64,000 nucleotides of DNA from Candidatus Rariloculaceae bacterium (GCA_965205045.1 OZ242031.1:1628044-1692043), one strand, 5' to 3'; positions 10,262 to 20,945 are shown, counted from the first letter of the stretch. Program-made: numbers and translations. Notes: generated by a model not told the origin, from the sequence alone.

Positions 10262-10833
10262 GTCTTCCCGTTCCCCAATATCTCGGTTTCGGTAGCTGCC
10301 GCTATGCCCTTTGCCCCTCCGACAGCGGCGCTGTATCCGCGTTGTGTCTGGTATACGACTCGATTTCGACTTTCAAATCGGCAAGCTTCCGAGTCAACGT
10401 CCTGCGCCGGGCTTTCCAGTCCAGGACAAATAATGCCACACCTTTTCCAGACCGGGGTCCTGAGTGCGCCTTTTGCGACATTCCGCCAACATTGACCACG
10501 CCGCGCTCAGCAACGCCGCGGTCTCCATCGTGCGCGCGATGGGCCGCTTCGATCGCCTCCCCCGGGCGAACCGCCACCGCGCCGCCGCCCCGGACCGGCC
10601 GGCGACGCCTCCACTCCGGCAACGCGTCCCGGACGGACCCATCGGCCCGCGTCACCGGGAGAACCGCGCCGTGACTTTTGAACAGGCCCGCGGCCGGGGC
10701 GGTCGGTCTTGAATTCGCGGGCGGATTCTGTTCAAATTCCTTCCACGCCGCGTTGGTTGCCGGTGTTTCGAGGGGCGGGTCATGACATCGAACGTTTGTT
10801 TCGTTGCGGGGGTTGACAGGCGCGGTATAATCA

Positions 10834-10872
10834 GCGCCGAGCGCCGAGCGCCGAGCGCCGAGCGCCGAGCGA
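10834..10872. repeat. heptamer tandem repeat (gcgccga x5.5)
   Basis: Read directly: gcgccga repeated from 10834 to 10868, plus a partial unit. Confidence 0.9.
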
Positions 10873-11056
10873 TTGTTCACGGCTAACCCGCCCGCCTGAC
10901 CCGTCCGCCGCTCCTCGCGGGCGCGTCCGCAAGCTCCTCTCCCCTTCATCCGGACTGACCGGCGGCCACGGCGCCGCTCCGGCGGTCTCGCGCCGGGCCG
11001 CGTCCCCGTGCCGCCGCCCCGCCCTCCTCTCCGTCCTCGCGCTGCTGCCCGGGGCG

Positions 11057-12655
11057 GTGTTCCTGCTGCCCGCCACTCCAGCCGCGGCGCAGACTGTCAT
11101 TTGGTCCACGACGCTGACGGTGGATGAGGACGACGGGCGTTTCGGCTGCGACACCAACCGGGCTAGCCAAACCGACTGCTCCGCGGCGCTCGCGGACGAT
11201 GACTTCGAGTACAACGGTTGGACCTATCGAGTCAGGAGTATCAATTACTTTTCTGCCCATAATTTGATAGTTCTCCGCCTCGACCGGGCACCACTTGGGC
11301 GCCTTGCCGGGCTGGAGTTGGCTCTCGGTCCTACGCGGGTAACCTTTGGTACAGAGTCGGACACCGTCCGATGGCCCGGCGTCAACCCGCAATGGAGCGA
11401 CAACCAGCAAGTCTCGGTGAGTCTGGTGGATCCGACGGCGGAGCCGCCGCCGCACTCCCTGACCCTGAGCGCCACCGACACCGCGCCGCGCGAGGGCGGC
11501 GGCCCGGTCACGGTGACGGCGACGGTGGGCAGGACATACAGCAACGAGGTGCAGCTGAACGTCCTCCTCCGCGGCACGGCGACCTGGGGGGAGGGCAACT
11601 GGCCGGGCGCCCGGCCGCATGTCCAGCTCCCCCCCGGCACGCCGAGGGGGGACGGCAGCCGGGCGTTGGCGGCCGGGGCGGACTACTGGACGCCGGCGCC
11701 GGACGGCGTGGAACGGGGCTTCTGGTTCGGCGGGGGCTCGTCCGGTTCGTCCGGTTCCATCCAGGCCGGCGCGCTGCTGAAGATCCCCGCGGGCCAAAGG
11801 AGCGCCAGCTTCACGGTCGCCGTCCTCGACGACGCGCACGAGGATTCGGGCGAGACGATCGGGATCGAGGTCCAGGCGTACGAGAACATCCCCTACACCG
11901 CCACGTTCACAGGTGACGGTCATGACTTCTGTGTCCAGGGCCAGACGTGCACGACGCCGGCATCCTGGATGAAGCATCTGACGGGCGCTTCCGGCGCGCT
12001 CACCCTGACCATCCAGAACCACGAGGGCGCGGAGGCGGAGGCGGCGCGGCCGGCGGCGCGGGAGCGTGGCGGCGGCGTCCCGCCGGGCCATGACGGGGCG
12101 CCGGCGGCGGGTTCCGGCGGCGGGGAGGGGGAGGGCGGCCCGCCGACGGCATCCGGGGAGGAGGAGGCGCCCGGACGGCACGTCCCGCCGGGCCATGGCG
12201 GGGCGCCGGCGGCGGTCCCGGGCGTCCCGGGCCCGGCCGCGGAACCGGGCCGGAAAAACCGCCGCGCCCAGCCGCCGGTGATCGGCCGGCGCGCGCGCGC
12301 CATCGGTTCGCCGTACTGTTTCGTGCCCGGGGCCGCCGAACTGGGCGCGCTCGGGGAGAGCGCGCGGCTGGCCTACCGGCTGGACAGCGAGCGGGACTTC
12401 GACCTGTGCCTGTGGGCGCCGGACCCGAACTGGAGGGACGCCCCGGCCTACGCCTCCTGCCGCGGCGCGGGCGGCGCGCTGCCCGAACACGCGAGCCCCG
12501 TCCGGGGCGCCGGCCGGGAGGAACTGTCCGTGGAACGCGCGCCCGGGCTGATGGCCTGCGTCGTTCCCGCCGGAACGGCCGCCGGAGGCGGCGCCTGGCG
12601 ACTGCGCATCGCGCCCGACAACCCCGACAACACCGGGACGGAGGACACCGAATGA
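11057..12655 (+). CDS. exported protein with Calx-beta-like segment, Pro/Gly-rich linker and Cys-containing C-terminal module
   Basis: 532-aa ORF. A hydrophobic leader ends in AAAQ; the start is uncertain because leader residues continue upstream of GTG 11057. SASFTVAVLDDAHEDSGETIGIEVQ resembles Calx-beta. The C-terminal DFDLCLWAPDPNW...YASC is shared with the next gene. Confidence 0.55.
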   Translation: MFLLPATPAAAQTVIWSTTLTVDEDDGRFGCDTNRASQTDCSAALADDDFEYNGWTYRVRSINYFSAHNLIVLRLDRAPLGRLAGLELALGPTRVTFGTESDTVRWPGVNPQWSDNQQVSVSLVDPTAEPPPHSLTLSATDTAPREGGGPVTVTATVGRTYSNEVQLNVLLRGTATWGEGNWPGARPHVQLPPGTPRGDGSRALAAGADYWTPAPDGVERGFWFGGGSSGSSGSIQAGALLKIPAGQRSASFTVAVLDDAHEDSGETIGIEVQAYENIPYTATFTGDGHDFCVQGQTCTTPASWMKHLTGASGALTLTIQNHEGAEAEAARPAARERGGGVPPGHDGAPAAGSGGGEGEGGPPTASGEEEAPGRHVPPGHGGAPAAVPGVPGPAAEPGRKNRRAQPPVIGRRARAIGSPYCFVPGAAELGALGESARLAYRLDSERDFDLCLWAPDPNWRDAPAYASCRGAGGALPEHASPVRGAGREELSVERAPGLMACVVPAGTAAGGGAWRLRIAPDNPDNTGTEDTE

Positions 12656-13320
12656 CCGCCATGAACCGCGCCGCCGCCGGCATCGCGGCCGCGCCCATCC
12701 TCATCCTCGGCCCGCTGGCCTTCGGCCAGTCCGCCATGGAGGCGGTGGAACCGGAGGCTCCGGTGGAGTCCTTCGCCGGCCGCGAACTGGCCGGGTACGG
12801 ATACGGCGAGCACTTCTGCTGGGCGCTCGCCGACACCGCCCATGCGCGGGCCGAAGCGCTCGCCGACACCGCCCATGCGCGGGCCGAAGCGCTCGCCGCC
12901 GCCACGGGCGGGACGCGGACGCCGGTCTACACCTTCGAGCTGCACACCGGGCAACGCTGGGACATGTGCCTGTGGTCCGCGGACGGGGACTGGGAAGGGG
13001 GATGGAAATACCGCAACTGCGGTTTCGCCCGGGACGGCGGCGCCGCGGACGGCTTCATCCACCGCGGCAGGGCCCACCCGGACGCCGGCCACGAGTACGC
13101 CGAGTACGACCACCCGGGCCCCTACGACAGCGGCCCGCAGGACGAGACGATCGTCTACGCCGGCCCCATCGCCGGCCGGATGATCTGCGCCGATGCGAGG
13201 GAGCCCTACGTGCCCGCCCGCGCCGACCTGCTGCTCTTCGAGGGCGACACCCGCGCCGGAGAGGCGGACGATGCCGACGATACCGGCGGCGGGGCCACGG
13301 AACCGGGCGGCACGTCATGA
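12652..13320 (+). CDS. exported hypothetical protein (paralogous C-module)
   Basis: ATG at 12652 overlaps the upstream stop (ATGA). Signal-like N-terminus is MTAMNRAAAGIAAAPILILGPLAFGQSA. It shares the motif RWDMCLWSADGDW...YRNC with the 11057 gene. Confidence 0.55.
   Translation: MTAMNRAAAGIAAAPILILGPLAFGQSAMEAVEPEAPVESFAGRELAGYGYGEHFCWALADTAHARAEALADTAHARAEALAAATGGTRTPVYTFELHTGQRWDMCLWSADGDWEGGWKYRNCGFARDGGAADGFIHRGRAHPDAGHEYAEYDHPGPYDSGPQDETIVYAGPIAGRMICADAREPYVPARADLLLFEGDTRAGEADDADDTGGGATEPGGTS
12823..12898. repeat. 33-bp tandem duplication (2 full units plus partial) inside the CDS
   Basis: gcgctcgccgacaccgcccatgcgcgggccgaa occurs at 12823 and 12856, with a third partial unit at 12889. 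It encodes ALADTAHARAE twice and is in frame (33 = 11 codons). Confidence 0.9.
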
Positions 13321-13522
13321 ACCCGGCCGGCGGGGGGCCGCGACTCCCCCGCCGGCCGGCATGTCCCGCGCCTCCGGCGCCGCGTGTGGCCAATTGGATA
13401 ACTCCGAATCCGCCGGGAAGGGTGGATTGTCACCTGTGGCGGCGATTTTTCCAATGGACCGGGCGCCTGGACGGTGGCCGGAAACAGTCTTGCGGGTCGG
13501 AACGCCCTCGGCACGGCGCCAA

Positions 13523-13830
13523 TCAGGACGCCCTTCCATTCGACCCATGCCTTTTCCGCCGCGCCTTCTCGGCGAAGAAAACCATCGAATAGGACTTTCC
13601 GCTGCCTTGGGTGTGCCAGAACACACCGAGGCGGCCCAGGTCGGGATGCGCCCGCTTAACAATTTCTACCGCCTCCCTGGGAATGTAAGGGGACACGTCA
13701 GCGACCTTCTCTCGATAGTCTTGGGAATGCGAGCAGCTTGATGCTCGCTAAGCGCATCGGGATGCGGAACCTCCAGATAAACGCTGTTCGTCCTGTACGG
13801 CCTGACTGTTTCGTCCCGCATCCGACGCCG
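13523..13830 (-). pseudogene. type I restriction R-subunit (HsdR-like) N-terminal remnant
   Basis: The minus-strand frame reads ...PREAVEIVKRAHPDLGRLGVFWHTQGSGKSYSMVFFAEKARRK, then stops. The WHTQGSGKS Walker A context is typical of HsdR. The upstream part is in another frame (RPYRTNSV...). Only about 100 aa remain. Confidence 0.45.
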
Positions 13831-13831
13831 T

Positions 13832-14461
13832 TCAAGCGTCCTCGGTCCACTCGGCAGGAGGCCATACTTGCGTGTCTTGCCCCATGGCACTCACCAATAG
13901 GCCGAACGAACGGGCAAGCTTTCGAAACAACCTGGACCGGCGATAAGCATCGGGCAATGAGAATAGAGCGCTAAGGGCGGCTTGGTCGGTGGTCTCCATG
14001 TAGCTTGTCCCCGCATGCATTCGAGCTTCCAGTTGCTCCTTTGCTCCGCGGGGACGTTCCGGGTCCATGACTGACTCAGCGTCGCCTCTCAATCCGCGAT
14101 GCCCTCGCAACGACTCGATCGCGGCCAGGAACCAGGCCTCGTATTCCTTGTGAGCGATCACGACCGCGCAGGGGATGCCGCCGGCCGCAGCCTGTGCCCA
14201 AGCCTGAACAGTCGGTCCAAGCTCAGCGGGACAGTCCGAGTTTCCGTCGAACAAGATGAGTATCGCCCGACAATCCGCCTGCACTAGCGCCAGCCGCACT
14301 GCTTGTTGAACGTCGGTCTCGCGCACAAGCTGGCTCCGGGGTCTTCGGATCGGCCTTCCGACATCAACCGCCCAAGCCTGGATTTCGTCGCGGAGGCGAC
14401 GCAGCAGCACAGGGAACGCTGCCACGTCGCCGTGGCCTTCGACGATCGGCTGGATTTTCAC
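13832..14461 (-). CDS. DUF4276 family protein
   Basis: 209 aa. The N-terminus MKIQPIVEGHGDVAAFPVLLRRL and the length fit DUF4276. Its GTG start overlaps the stop of the upstream ATPase gene (GTGA). Confidence 0.7.
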   Translation of the reverse strand: MKIQPIVEGHGDVAAFPVLLRRLRDEIQAWAVDVGRPIRRPRSQLVRETDVQQAVRLALVQADCRAILILFDGNSDCPAELGPTVQAWAQAAAGGIPCAVVIAHKEYEAWFLAAIESLRGHRGLRGDAESVMDPERPRGAKEQLEARMHAGTSYMETTDQAALSALFSLPDAYRRSRLFRKLARSFGLLVSAMGQDTQVWPPAEWTEDA

Positions 14462-15669
14462 GCCGGATCATGCCCCCCAAACAACTTGTACTGGAGTAAG
14501 GCGGTGTCGGGCGGCTCATCGGGCGTCAGAGCGTTCGAGCGCAGCAACTCGCCGGCGCCCATCAGGTGCTCGCTCAGGGCTGTTCGCGCAGCGTCCGAGA
14601 CGGGATTGATTCGCGTCGCGCCCTTGTTCCAACTGACGATTCGCAGGTGCCGGTCCTCGATCCATTTGGCATCCAGGATCTCCGGGCTGTGCGTCGTCAC
14701 CACGACCTGCATGAAGCGCGCCGCATGCCGCAATACGTCCAGGATCGAACCCAATGCGCCCGGATGCATCGTGGCTTCCGGTTCCTCGATCACGAGAAGC
14801 GAGGGAGCGGGACGTTGAAAGATCGCAGTGAGCAGCCCGAGCACGCGCAGAGTGCCGTCCGACATGCTGAAGGCTTCGAACTTGACCGGCTCGGACTTGC
14901 CCCAATCCTGAGTGAATTCCAGGGTGAGCTTGTTGCCGTGTTTTTTTGGCCTGACCCCAAGCGTTCCCGGGACAACACGGTCAAGCAACTCGCGGATTCG
15001 CTCCCAATCGCCCTTCGATTGCCGTTGGATTTCACGCAAAACGCTGGCTGCATTGCTGCCGTCGGAATGAAGGCGCACGCCGCCGCCGGGATCTTGCATG
15101 GCTCGCAGGGTTGCCGGTTCGATCCGGTACGTCCACATGCCTGACATGAATCGGACTATCGCCTGAAATCGGGCATCGCCGCCGACCAGCGGAAGCGCCA
15201 GCGCGTTCCGTTCAAGGGCTGGCTTAAGGGGAGTCGCGCTGCTGTCCCACCCGCGGTAGTACCTGGGCGATCTGCGGAACCACTCGCGCGAACCATCCGA
15301 CTTCCACACCGTGCATTTTTCGCGAGCAACCTGGAAGCCGTAACCCCTCCGGGTGCGCAGTTCGAACCCATAGCGCGCCATCGCGGTATTTTCATCGGGG
15401 TTCCTCAACTCCACCGCCAATCCCAGGTTTGACGGACGTCCCCTGGCCGAGCTTCGATGGGCAACTGCGGATAGTCCTCCGCGTCGCTCCAGCACGGCCT
15501 GCAACGGTGATGTCATCGCCTCCGCGAGGAACGCGAGGGCATCGGCGAAATTACTTTTCCCCGAGCCATTCTGGCCGGCGATAAAGGTTGGATTGTCGAA
15601 CTTGACCTGTTCCGATGGAAGACTGCGGAAGCGCTGGAAAACGATCCGCCCGAGGACGGGATCAGACAT
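14458..15669 (-). CDS. AAA_15/AAA_21-type (ABC/SMC-like) ATPase
   Basis: 403 aa. Walker A is FIAGQNGSGKSNFADAL. Walker B/D-loop is PSLLVIEEPEATMHP. An H-loop-like VVTTHSPEILD is present. Confidence 0.85.
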   Translation of the reverse strand: MSDPVLGRIVFQRFRSLPSEQVKFDNPTFIAGQNGSGKSNFADALAFLAEAMTSPLQAVLERRGGLSAVAHRSSARGRPSNLGLAVELRNPDENTAMARYGFELRTRRGYGFQVAREKCTVWKSDGSREWFRRSPRYYRGWDSSATPLKPALERNALALPLVGGDARFQAIVRFMSGMWTYRIEPATLRAMQDPGGGVRLHSDGSNAASVLREIQRQSKGDWERIRELLDRVVPGTLGVRPKKHGNKLTLEFTQDWGKSEPVKFEAFSMSDGTLRVLGLLTAIFQRPAPSLLVIEEPEATMHPGALGSILDVLRHAARFMQVVVTTHSPEILDAKWIEDRHLRIVSWNKGATRINPVSDAARTALSEHLMGAGELLRSNALTPDEPPDTALLQYKLFGGHDPA

Positions 15670-15774
15670 GGGTCACCTCGCTCCTGCTCCACGCTTCCGC
15701 CATGACCTGTTCGTTGGATAGGTCGAGCCCGTCCATCTGTGCGAGCGACCGGATTTCCTCGCGGCGAACCACTT

Positions 15775-16161
15775 TCAGCAACGCGCGTTCAATTGTCTCC
15801 TCGAACGAAGTGGCGCCGAGGCAACCCGGAACGTCTCCACGTAGCTCATCCGGTCGGACTGCGGCGTGCCGTAGGGATCGAAGTACGGCCAGTCGATATG
15901 CGTGGTCTCCGCAACGAACGTGCCACCCTCCCAGCGCCCCGGCGACATGCTTTCGATTTCCCAGGTTTCCTTCGAACCGTCTTCGAGCGTTGCGTCGAGG
16001 ACGAGTTGAATGTGCGGCTGGGCAAACTCGAACAGCGTCAACACGCCGGTTCGGGAAATCTTGTTGTCGATGTCGTAGATCGCAAACGAGTGATGAGCGT
16101 GAGTTACGCCAGGAAAACCAGCCGCAAGGGCTGCAACCAGTACGTATGTCGGACGATTCAT
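15775..16161 (-). CDS. exported hypothetical protein
   Basis: 128 aa. The signal-like N-terminus MNRPTYVLVAALAAGFPGVTHAHHSF is followed by a small beta-rich-looking domain. Family not recognised with certainty. Confidence 0.45.
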   Translation of the reverse strand: MNRPTYVLVAALAAGFPGVTHAHHSFAIYDIDNKISRTGVLTLFEFAQPHIQLVLDATLEDGSKETWEIESMSPGRWEGGTFVAETTHIDWPYFDPYGTPQSDRMSYVETFRVASAPLRSRRQLNARC

Positions 16162-16538
16162 TGCCGTTCTCCTGTTTGCGTTGTTCCCTTTTTGTCAATG
16201 CCCCGATTCCGATCTGTCACAATTGTAATGGATATTGAGTCACTCCATAGCCGGAAAAAATGTAATGTTGCTGATGCGCGACGAATAGGGGGACGGTCCT
16301 GAATTCAGCAGGACCGACTATTCGAAACGCCGCTTTCATCGGCGCAATCGCGTTGGCCCATGTCTCGGCGCTTCCGGATGCAGCTTCTCAGTTTACCGAC
16401 ATCTCCCAGTCCGGGCTCGCCAACGATCCGGAACTTCTGGTGCTCCCTGGAGCTCCCTGGAGTTGCGGTAGCCCACCCTGTAGGCGACAATCCCGCCACG
16501 CCGTTCCGATGCCTCCAGATTTTGCCCGAAACCACCCG

Positions 16539-18575
16539 ATGGTAACCGCAAGAAAGAACGCTCAGGCTGTCACAAGGCCGCCTCGGCGGCAACTTGCAAA
16601 CGCGATTCGCGCCCTCTCCATGGACGCCGTGGAGGCCGCGCGTTCGGGTCATCCCGGCATGCCCATGGGGATGGCGGATATCGCCGAAGTCCTGTGGAAC
16701 GATTACCTTCGTCACAATCCCTCGAATCCCCAATGGTGCGACCGGGACCGGTTCGTGCTTTCCAATGGTCACGGCTCCATGTTGATCTATGCGCTGGCGC
16801 ACCTCACCGGTTACCCCCTGGAGATGGACGAACTCCGGCAGTTCCGCCAGCTCGGCCAGCGGACCGCCGGTCACCCGGAGCGGGAGCTCGACATCGCCAT
16901 CGAGACCACCACCGGCCCGCTTGGACAGGGGCTGGCAAATGCGGTGGGTATGGCCCTGGCGGAAAAGGCGCTGGCCGCGACCTTCAACCGGCCCGGAGGG
17001 ATGATCGTCGACCATTACACGTACGTCTTCATGGGCGACGGTTGCCTGATGGAGGGCATCTCCCACGAGGCGTGTTCGCTCGCAGGCACGCTGGGCCTGG
17101 GCAAGCTGATCGGGGTCTACGACGAGAACAATGTCTCCATCGACGGCATGATCGAGGGCTGGTTCACGGACGACACGCCGGCGCGGTTTCGTGCGTACGG
17201 CTGGCATGTGGTGGAGGACGTCGACGGGCACGATCCCGATGCAGTAATCGCCGCGCTGGAGGCCGCCCGCGCCGAGACGTCGCGGCCGTCGCTGATCTGC
17301 TGCAAGACGCTCATCGGCTGGGGCGCTCCCAACAAGCAGGGCACGGCGGATACCCACGGCGCACCGCTGGGGCCTGACGAGGTCGCGGCGACACGAACCG
17401 GGATCGGCTGGGAATACGATCCGTTCGTGATACCGCATGAACTCCGCGACGCGTGGGACGCCCGGGACAGGGGCGCCGAGCTGGAGGCGGAGTGGCAGCA
17501 ACGCTTCGACGCCTACGCCGGGCGATGGCCCGACCTGGCGCGGGAATTCCAGCGCCGGGTCCGGGGCGGTCTCCCCGGCAACTGGAGCGATCTCGCCGAC
17601 GCCGCGATCCGGGAAATTGCCGCTGAAGCCAAGGACATGGCCACGCGAAAGGCGTCGCTGCGGGCGCTGGAGGCTTTCGCGCCGCACCTGCCCGAAATGA
17701 TCGGCGGATCGGCGGACCTGACCGGCTCCAACAACACGCTGCACAGCGGCTCGACCGTCTTCGACGCGGAACACGCGGTCGGCAACTACATCTATTTCGG
17801 CGTGCGCGAATTCGCCATGGCCGCAGTCCTGAACGGTCTGGCGCTGCACGGCGGCTTCATCCCCTACGGCGGCACCTTCCTGGTGTTCTCGGATTACGCC
17901 CGCAACGCGCTGCGCATGGCGGCGCTGATGCGGATCAGGAGCATCCTGGTCTTCACCCACGACTCCATTGGCCTGGGCGAGGACGGACCCACCCATCAGC
18001 CCATCGAGCACCTGAGCAGCCTGCGCGCCATGCCCAACATGGCGGTGTGGCGGCCGTGCGATGCGGTGGAAACCGCCGTCGCCTGGCGCTCGGCGGTGGA
18101 ACGCCTCGACGGCCCCACCAGCCTGATCCTGACGCGCCAGGGGCTCTCCCACGTGGCCCGGACCGATGACCAGATCGACCTGATCGGCAGAGGCGGCTAC
18201 ATCTTGCTCGACAGCGATGGCGACCCCGAAATCATTCTCATGGCGACCGGGTCCGAGGTGGGCCTGGTCCTTGAGGCCGCGGGAAACCTGATGTCCGAAG
18301 GCCTGCGGGTGCGGGTCGTCTCGATCCCCTGCACGGAAGTATTCGACGCGCAGCCGCAGGAATACCGGTCCCATGTGCTGCCGGCCAACGGCGCCGCCCT
18401 CCTGGCGGTGGAAGCCGGCGCCAGGGATTGCTGGTGGCGATACGTCGGCGGCCGCGGCGACGTGCTCGGCATGAAGAGCTTCGGCCAGTCGGCGCCCGGC
18501 AAGGCCCTGATGGAACACTACGGCTTCACGGCGGAAGCCGTGGCCGGGGCCGCGCGCCGCGTGCTGAGCCGGTAG
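16539..18575 (+). CDS. tkt: transketolase
   Basis: [54 protein letters not shown] and later motifs are present. The start is chosen at ATG 16539 (alternative 16509); the track ORF starts at 16353. Confidence 0.95.
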   Translation: MVTARKNAQAVTRPPRRQLANAIRALSMDAVEAARSGHPGMPMGMADIAEVLWNDYLRHNPSNPQWCDRDRFVLSNGHGSMLIYALAHLTGYPLEMDELRQFRQLGQRTAGHPERELDIAIETTTGPLGQGLANAVGMALAEKALAATFNRPGGMIVDHYTYVFMGDGCLMEGISHEACSLAGTLGLGKLIGVYDENNVSIDGMIEGWFTDDTPARFRAYGWHVVEDVDGHDPDAVIAALEAARAETSRPSLICCKTLIGWGAPNKQGTADTHGAPLGPDEVAATRTGIGWEYDPFVIPHELRDAWDARDRGAELEAEWQQRFDAYAGRWPDLAREFQRRVRGGLPGNWSDLADAAIREIAAEAKDMATRKASLRALEAFAPHLPEMIGGSADLTGSNNTLHSGSTVFDAEHAVGNYIYFGVREFAMAAVLNGLALHGGFIPYGGTFLVFSDYARNALRMAALMRIRSILVFTHDSIGLGEDGPTHQPIEHLSSLRAMPNMAVWRPCDAVETAVAWRSAVERLDGPTSLILTRQGLSHVARTDDQIDLIGRGGYILLDSDGDPEIILMATGSEVGLVLEAAGNLMSEGLRVRVVSIPCTEVFDAQPQEYRSHVLPANGAALLAVEAGARDCWWRYVGGRGDVLGMKSFGQSAPGKALMEHYGFTAEAVAGAARRVLSR

Positions 18576-18663
18576 CGGCCCATGGTTGAAGTCCCGCGTC
18601 ATGCCGAGACCGGCACATCGGGTTGACGCCAATATTCCCGACACTTCCCTGAAGGAGAAACAG

Positions 18664-19674
18664 ATGCCTGTGAGACTTGCGATCAACGGATACGGCCGCA
18701 TCGGCAGAATGGTGCTGAGGGCGCTGTACGAATCGGGCAAGCGCGACGAGATGCAGATCGTCGCGGTCAACGATCTCGGCGATGCCGGGACCAACGCCCA
18801 TCTGACGCGCTACGACTCCGCTCACGGCCGCTTCCCGTTCGAAGTCCAGGTCGGCGACGGGGAACTGATCGTGAACGGAGACCACGTCAGGGTGCTCGCC
18901 GAGCGTGATCCGGCCAACCTGCCGTGGGGGGAGTTGGGCGTGGACATCGTCCTGGAATGCACGGGCCTGTTCCGCACCAGGGACAAGGCGTCCGCGCACA
19001 TCCGGGCAGGCGCCAATAAAGTCGTCGTCTCCGCGCCTGCGGGCACCAACACGGATGCGACCATCGTTTACGGCGTCAATCACCACATCCTGAACTCCTC
19101 GCACCAGGTCATTTCCAATGCCTCGTGCACCACCAACTGCCTTTCGCCGGTGGCCAAGGTCCTGCACGAAGCGGTGGGGATCGAGCAGGGTCTGATGACG
19201 ACCATCCACGCCTTCACCAACGACCAGGTCCTCTCCGACGTGTTTCACAAGGATCTGCGTCGCGCACGCTCCGCCACGCAGTCGATGATCCCCACCAAGA
19301 CCGGCGCCGCCGCCGCGGTGGGTTTGGTTCTGCCGGAACTGGACGGCCGGCTGGACGGGTTCGCGATCCGCGTTCCCACGATCAACGTCTCGGTGGTGGA
19401 TCTTTCCTTCATCAGCACCCGGGAAACCACGGTGGAGGAGGTCAATGGCGCGGTGCAGGCGGCCAGCGAGGGCGATCTCAACGGTGTGCTGGCCTATACC
19501 GAGGAACCCCTGGTCTCGATCGATTTCAATCATCATCCCGCCTCGTCCGTATTCGACGCCGGATTGACCAAGGTGTCCGGCAATCTCGTGAAGATCTGCA
19601 CGTGGTACGACAACGAGTGGGGCTTCTCCAACCGCATGCTGGATACCACGCTGGCGTTTGCCAGGGTCGGTTGA
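18664..19674 (+). CDS. gap: glyceraldehyde-3-phosphate dehydrogenase
   Basis: [15 protein letters not shown]... and the active-site [10 protein letters not shown] are present. GAAGGAGA RBS precedes ATG 18664. Confidence 0.95.
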   Translation: MPVRLAINGYGRIGRMVLRALYESGKRDEMQIVAVNDLGDAGTNAHLTRYDSAHGRFPFEVQVGDGELIVNGDHVRVLAERDPANLPWGELGVDIVLECTGLFRTRDKASAHIRAGANKVVVSAPAGTNTDATIVYGVNHHILNSSHQVISNASCTTNCLSPVAKVLHEAVGIEQGLMTTIHAFTNDQVLSDVFHKDLRRARSATQSMIPTKTGAAAAVGLVLPELDGRLDGFAIRVPTINVSVVDLSFISTRETTVEEVNGAVQAASEGDLNGVLAYTEEPLVSIDFNHHPASSVFDAGLTKVSGNLVKICTWYDNEWGFSNRMLDTTLAFARVG

Positions 19675-19766
19675 GCGGTGTTCGGTCGATGATGTCTGCC
19701 GTGGAACCGAGGCTGTAGTCCGCCCGGCGTCGCGGCGTCCCGTTATCGACAACGCATTATTTGACG

Positions 19767-20945
19767 ATGCACGTTCTGCGCATGGTAGACCTCCCGCTGG
19801 CGGGCCGGCGGTTGCTGATCCGGGAAGACCTCAACGTACCGGTCAGGGACGGCGCAGTGGCGAGCGACGTGCGCCTGGCAGCCGCACTGCCGAGCATCGA
19901 ATTCGCCCTGCAGCAGCGCGCGCGAGTCATCCTCATGTCGCACTTGGGCAGGCCGGAGGAGGGCCACTTCGACGAAGCATTTTCGCTACGCCCCGTTGCC
20001 CGCAGGCTCGGCGAACTGCTGGGGCGCCGGATCGCGCTGATCGACGACTGGGAAAACGGGGTGGAGGTGGAGCCGGGGCAGGCGGTGTTGCTCCAGAATG
20101 TTCGCTTCCAGCGCGGTGAAAAGGCCGACGACCCGGAACTTGCCGCCCGGCTGGCCGGGTTGTGCGATATCTTCGCGATGGATGCCTTCGGGTCCGCCCA
20201 TCGCGCCCACGCCAGCACCCTCGGGGTGGCGCGGCTGGCTCGGGTGGCCTGCGCCGGGCCGCTGCTTGTTCGGGAGCTGAAGGCACTTGCGGCTGCGCTG
20301 GAGGACCCGCAGCCTCCGACGGCCGCCATCGTCGGCGGTTCCAAGGTCTCGACCAAGCTGGGAGTTTTGCGGACATTGGCCGGCAAGATGGACACACTTA
20401 TCCTCGGCGGCGGGATTGCCAATACGTTGCTTGCGGCGGCGGATCACCCGGTCGGGCGTTCCCTGTACGAACCGGACATGCTGGGATTCGCCCGTCGGTT
20501 GCTGCGCGGCGAATTCGGTCCTGCGGACATTCCGCTACCGTCCGATGTGGTCGTTGCAGAGTCCCCGGATGAAGCCGCTCGCGGGACAACGCGCGGCGTG
20601 GGCGAAGTCGGCAGCGCCGAAATGATCCTCGACATCGGCCCCCGGACCGCCGCGGAATACGCCGGCCGCCTGCACCGGGCCGGCACCATTCTCTGGAACG
20701 GGCCGGTGGGCGTCTTCGAGCACCCCGAATTTGCCGGTGGGACCCAGGCGGTCAGCAAGGCCGTGGCGGCAAGCGGCGCTTTCTCGATCGCCGGCGGCGG
20801 CGACACGCTGGCGGCGATCCAGCAGTTCGGTGTCCGCGAGGGAATTTCCTGCCTGTCCACGGGCGGTGGCGCCTTTCTCGAATTCCTCGAGGGCAGGGAA
20901 CTGCCGGCGGTTGCGGCGCTCAGGGTACGGGCCGGTGCACCCTGA
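19767..20945 (+). CDS. pgk: phosphoglycerate kinase
   Basis: LLIREDLNVPV..., ILMSHLGRP and GGGDT motifs are present. Start is ambiguous among TTG 19761, ATG 19767 and ATG 19782. Confidence 0.95.
   Translation: MHVLRMVDLPLAGRRLLIREDLNVPVRDGAVASDVRLAAALPSIEFALQQRARVILMSHLGRPEEGHFDEAFSLRPVARRLGELLGRRIALIDDWENGVEVEPGQAVLLQNVRFQRGEKADDPELAARLAGLCDIFAMDAFGSAHRAHASTLGVARLARVACAGPLLVRELKALAAALEDPQPPTAAIVGGSKVSTKLGVLRTLAGKMDTLILGGGIANTLLAAADHPVGRSLYEPDMLGFARRLLRGEFGPADIPLPSDVVVAESPDEAARGTTRGVGEVGSAEMILDIGPRTAAEYAGRLHRAGTILWNGPVGVFEHPEFAGGTQAVSKAVAASGAFSIAGGGDTLAAIQQFGVREGISCLSTGGGAFLEFLEGRELPAVAALRVRAGAP

Noticed and set aside
10302-10949. 215-aa minus-strand ORF between the ATPase fragments and the exported-protein genes.
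   Set aside because: No motif was recognised, it reads through the heptamer microsatellite, and it is compositionally biased. Competing frames are equally open. It is left uncalled.
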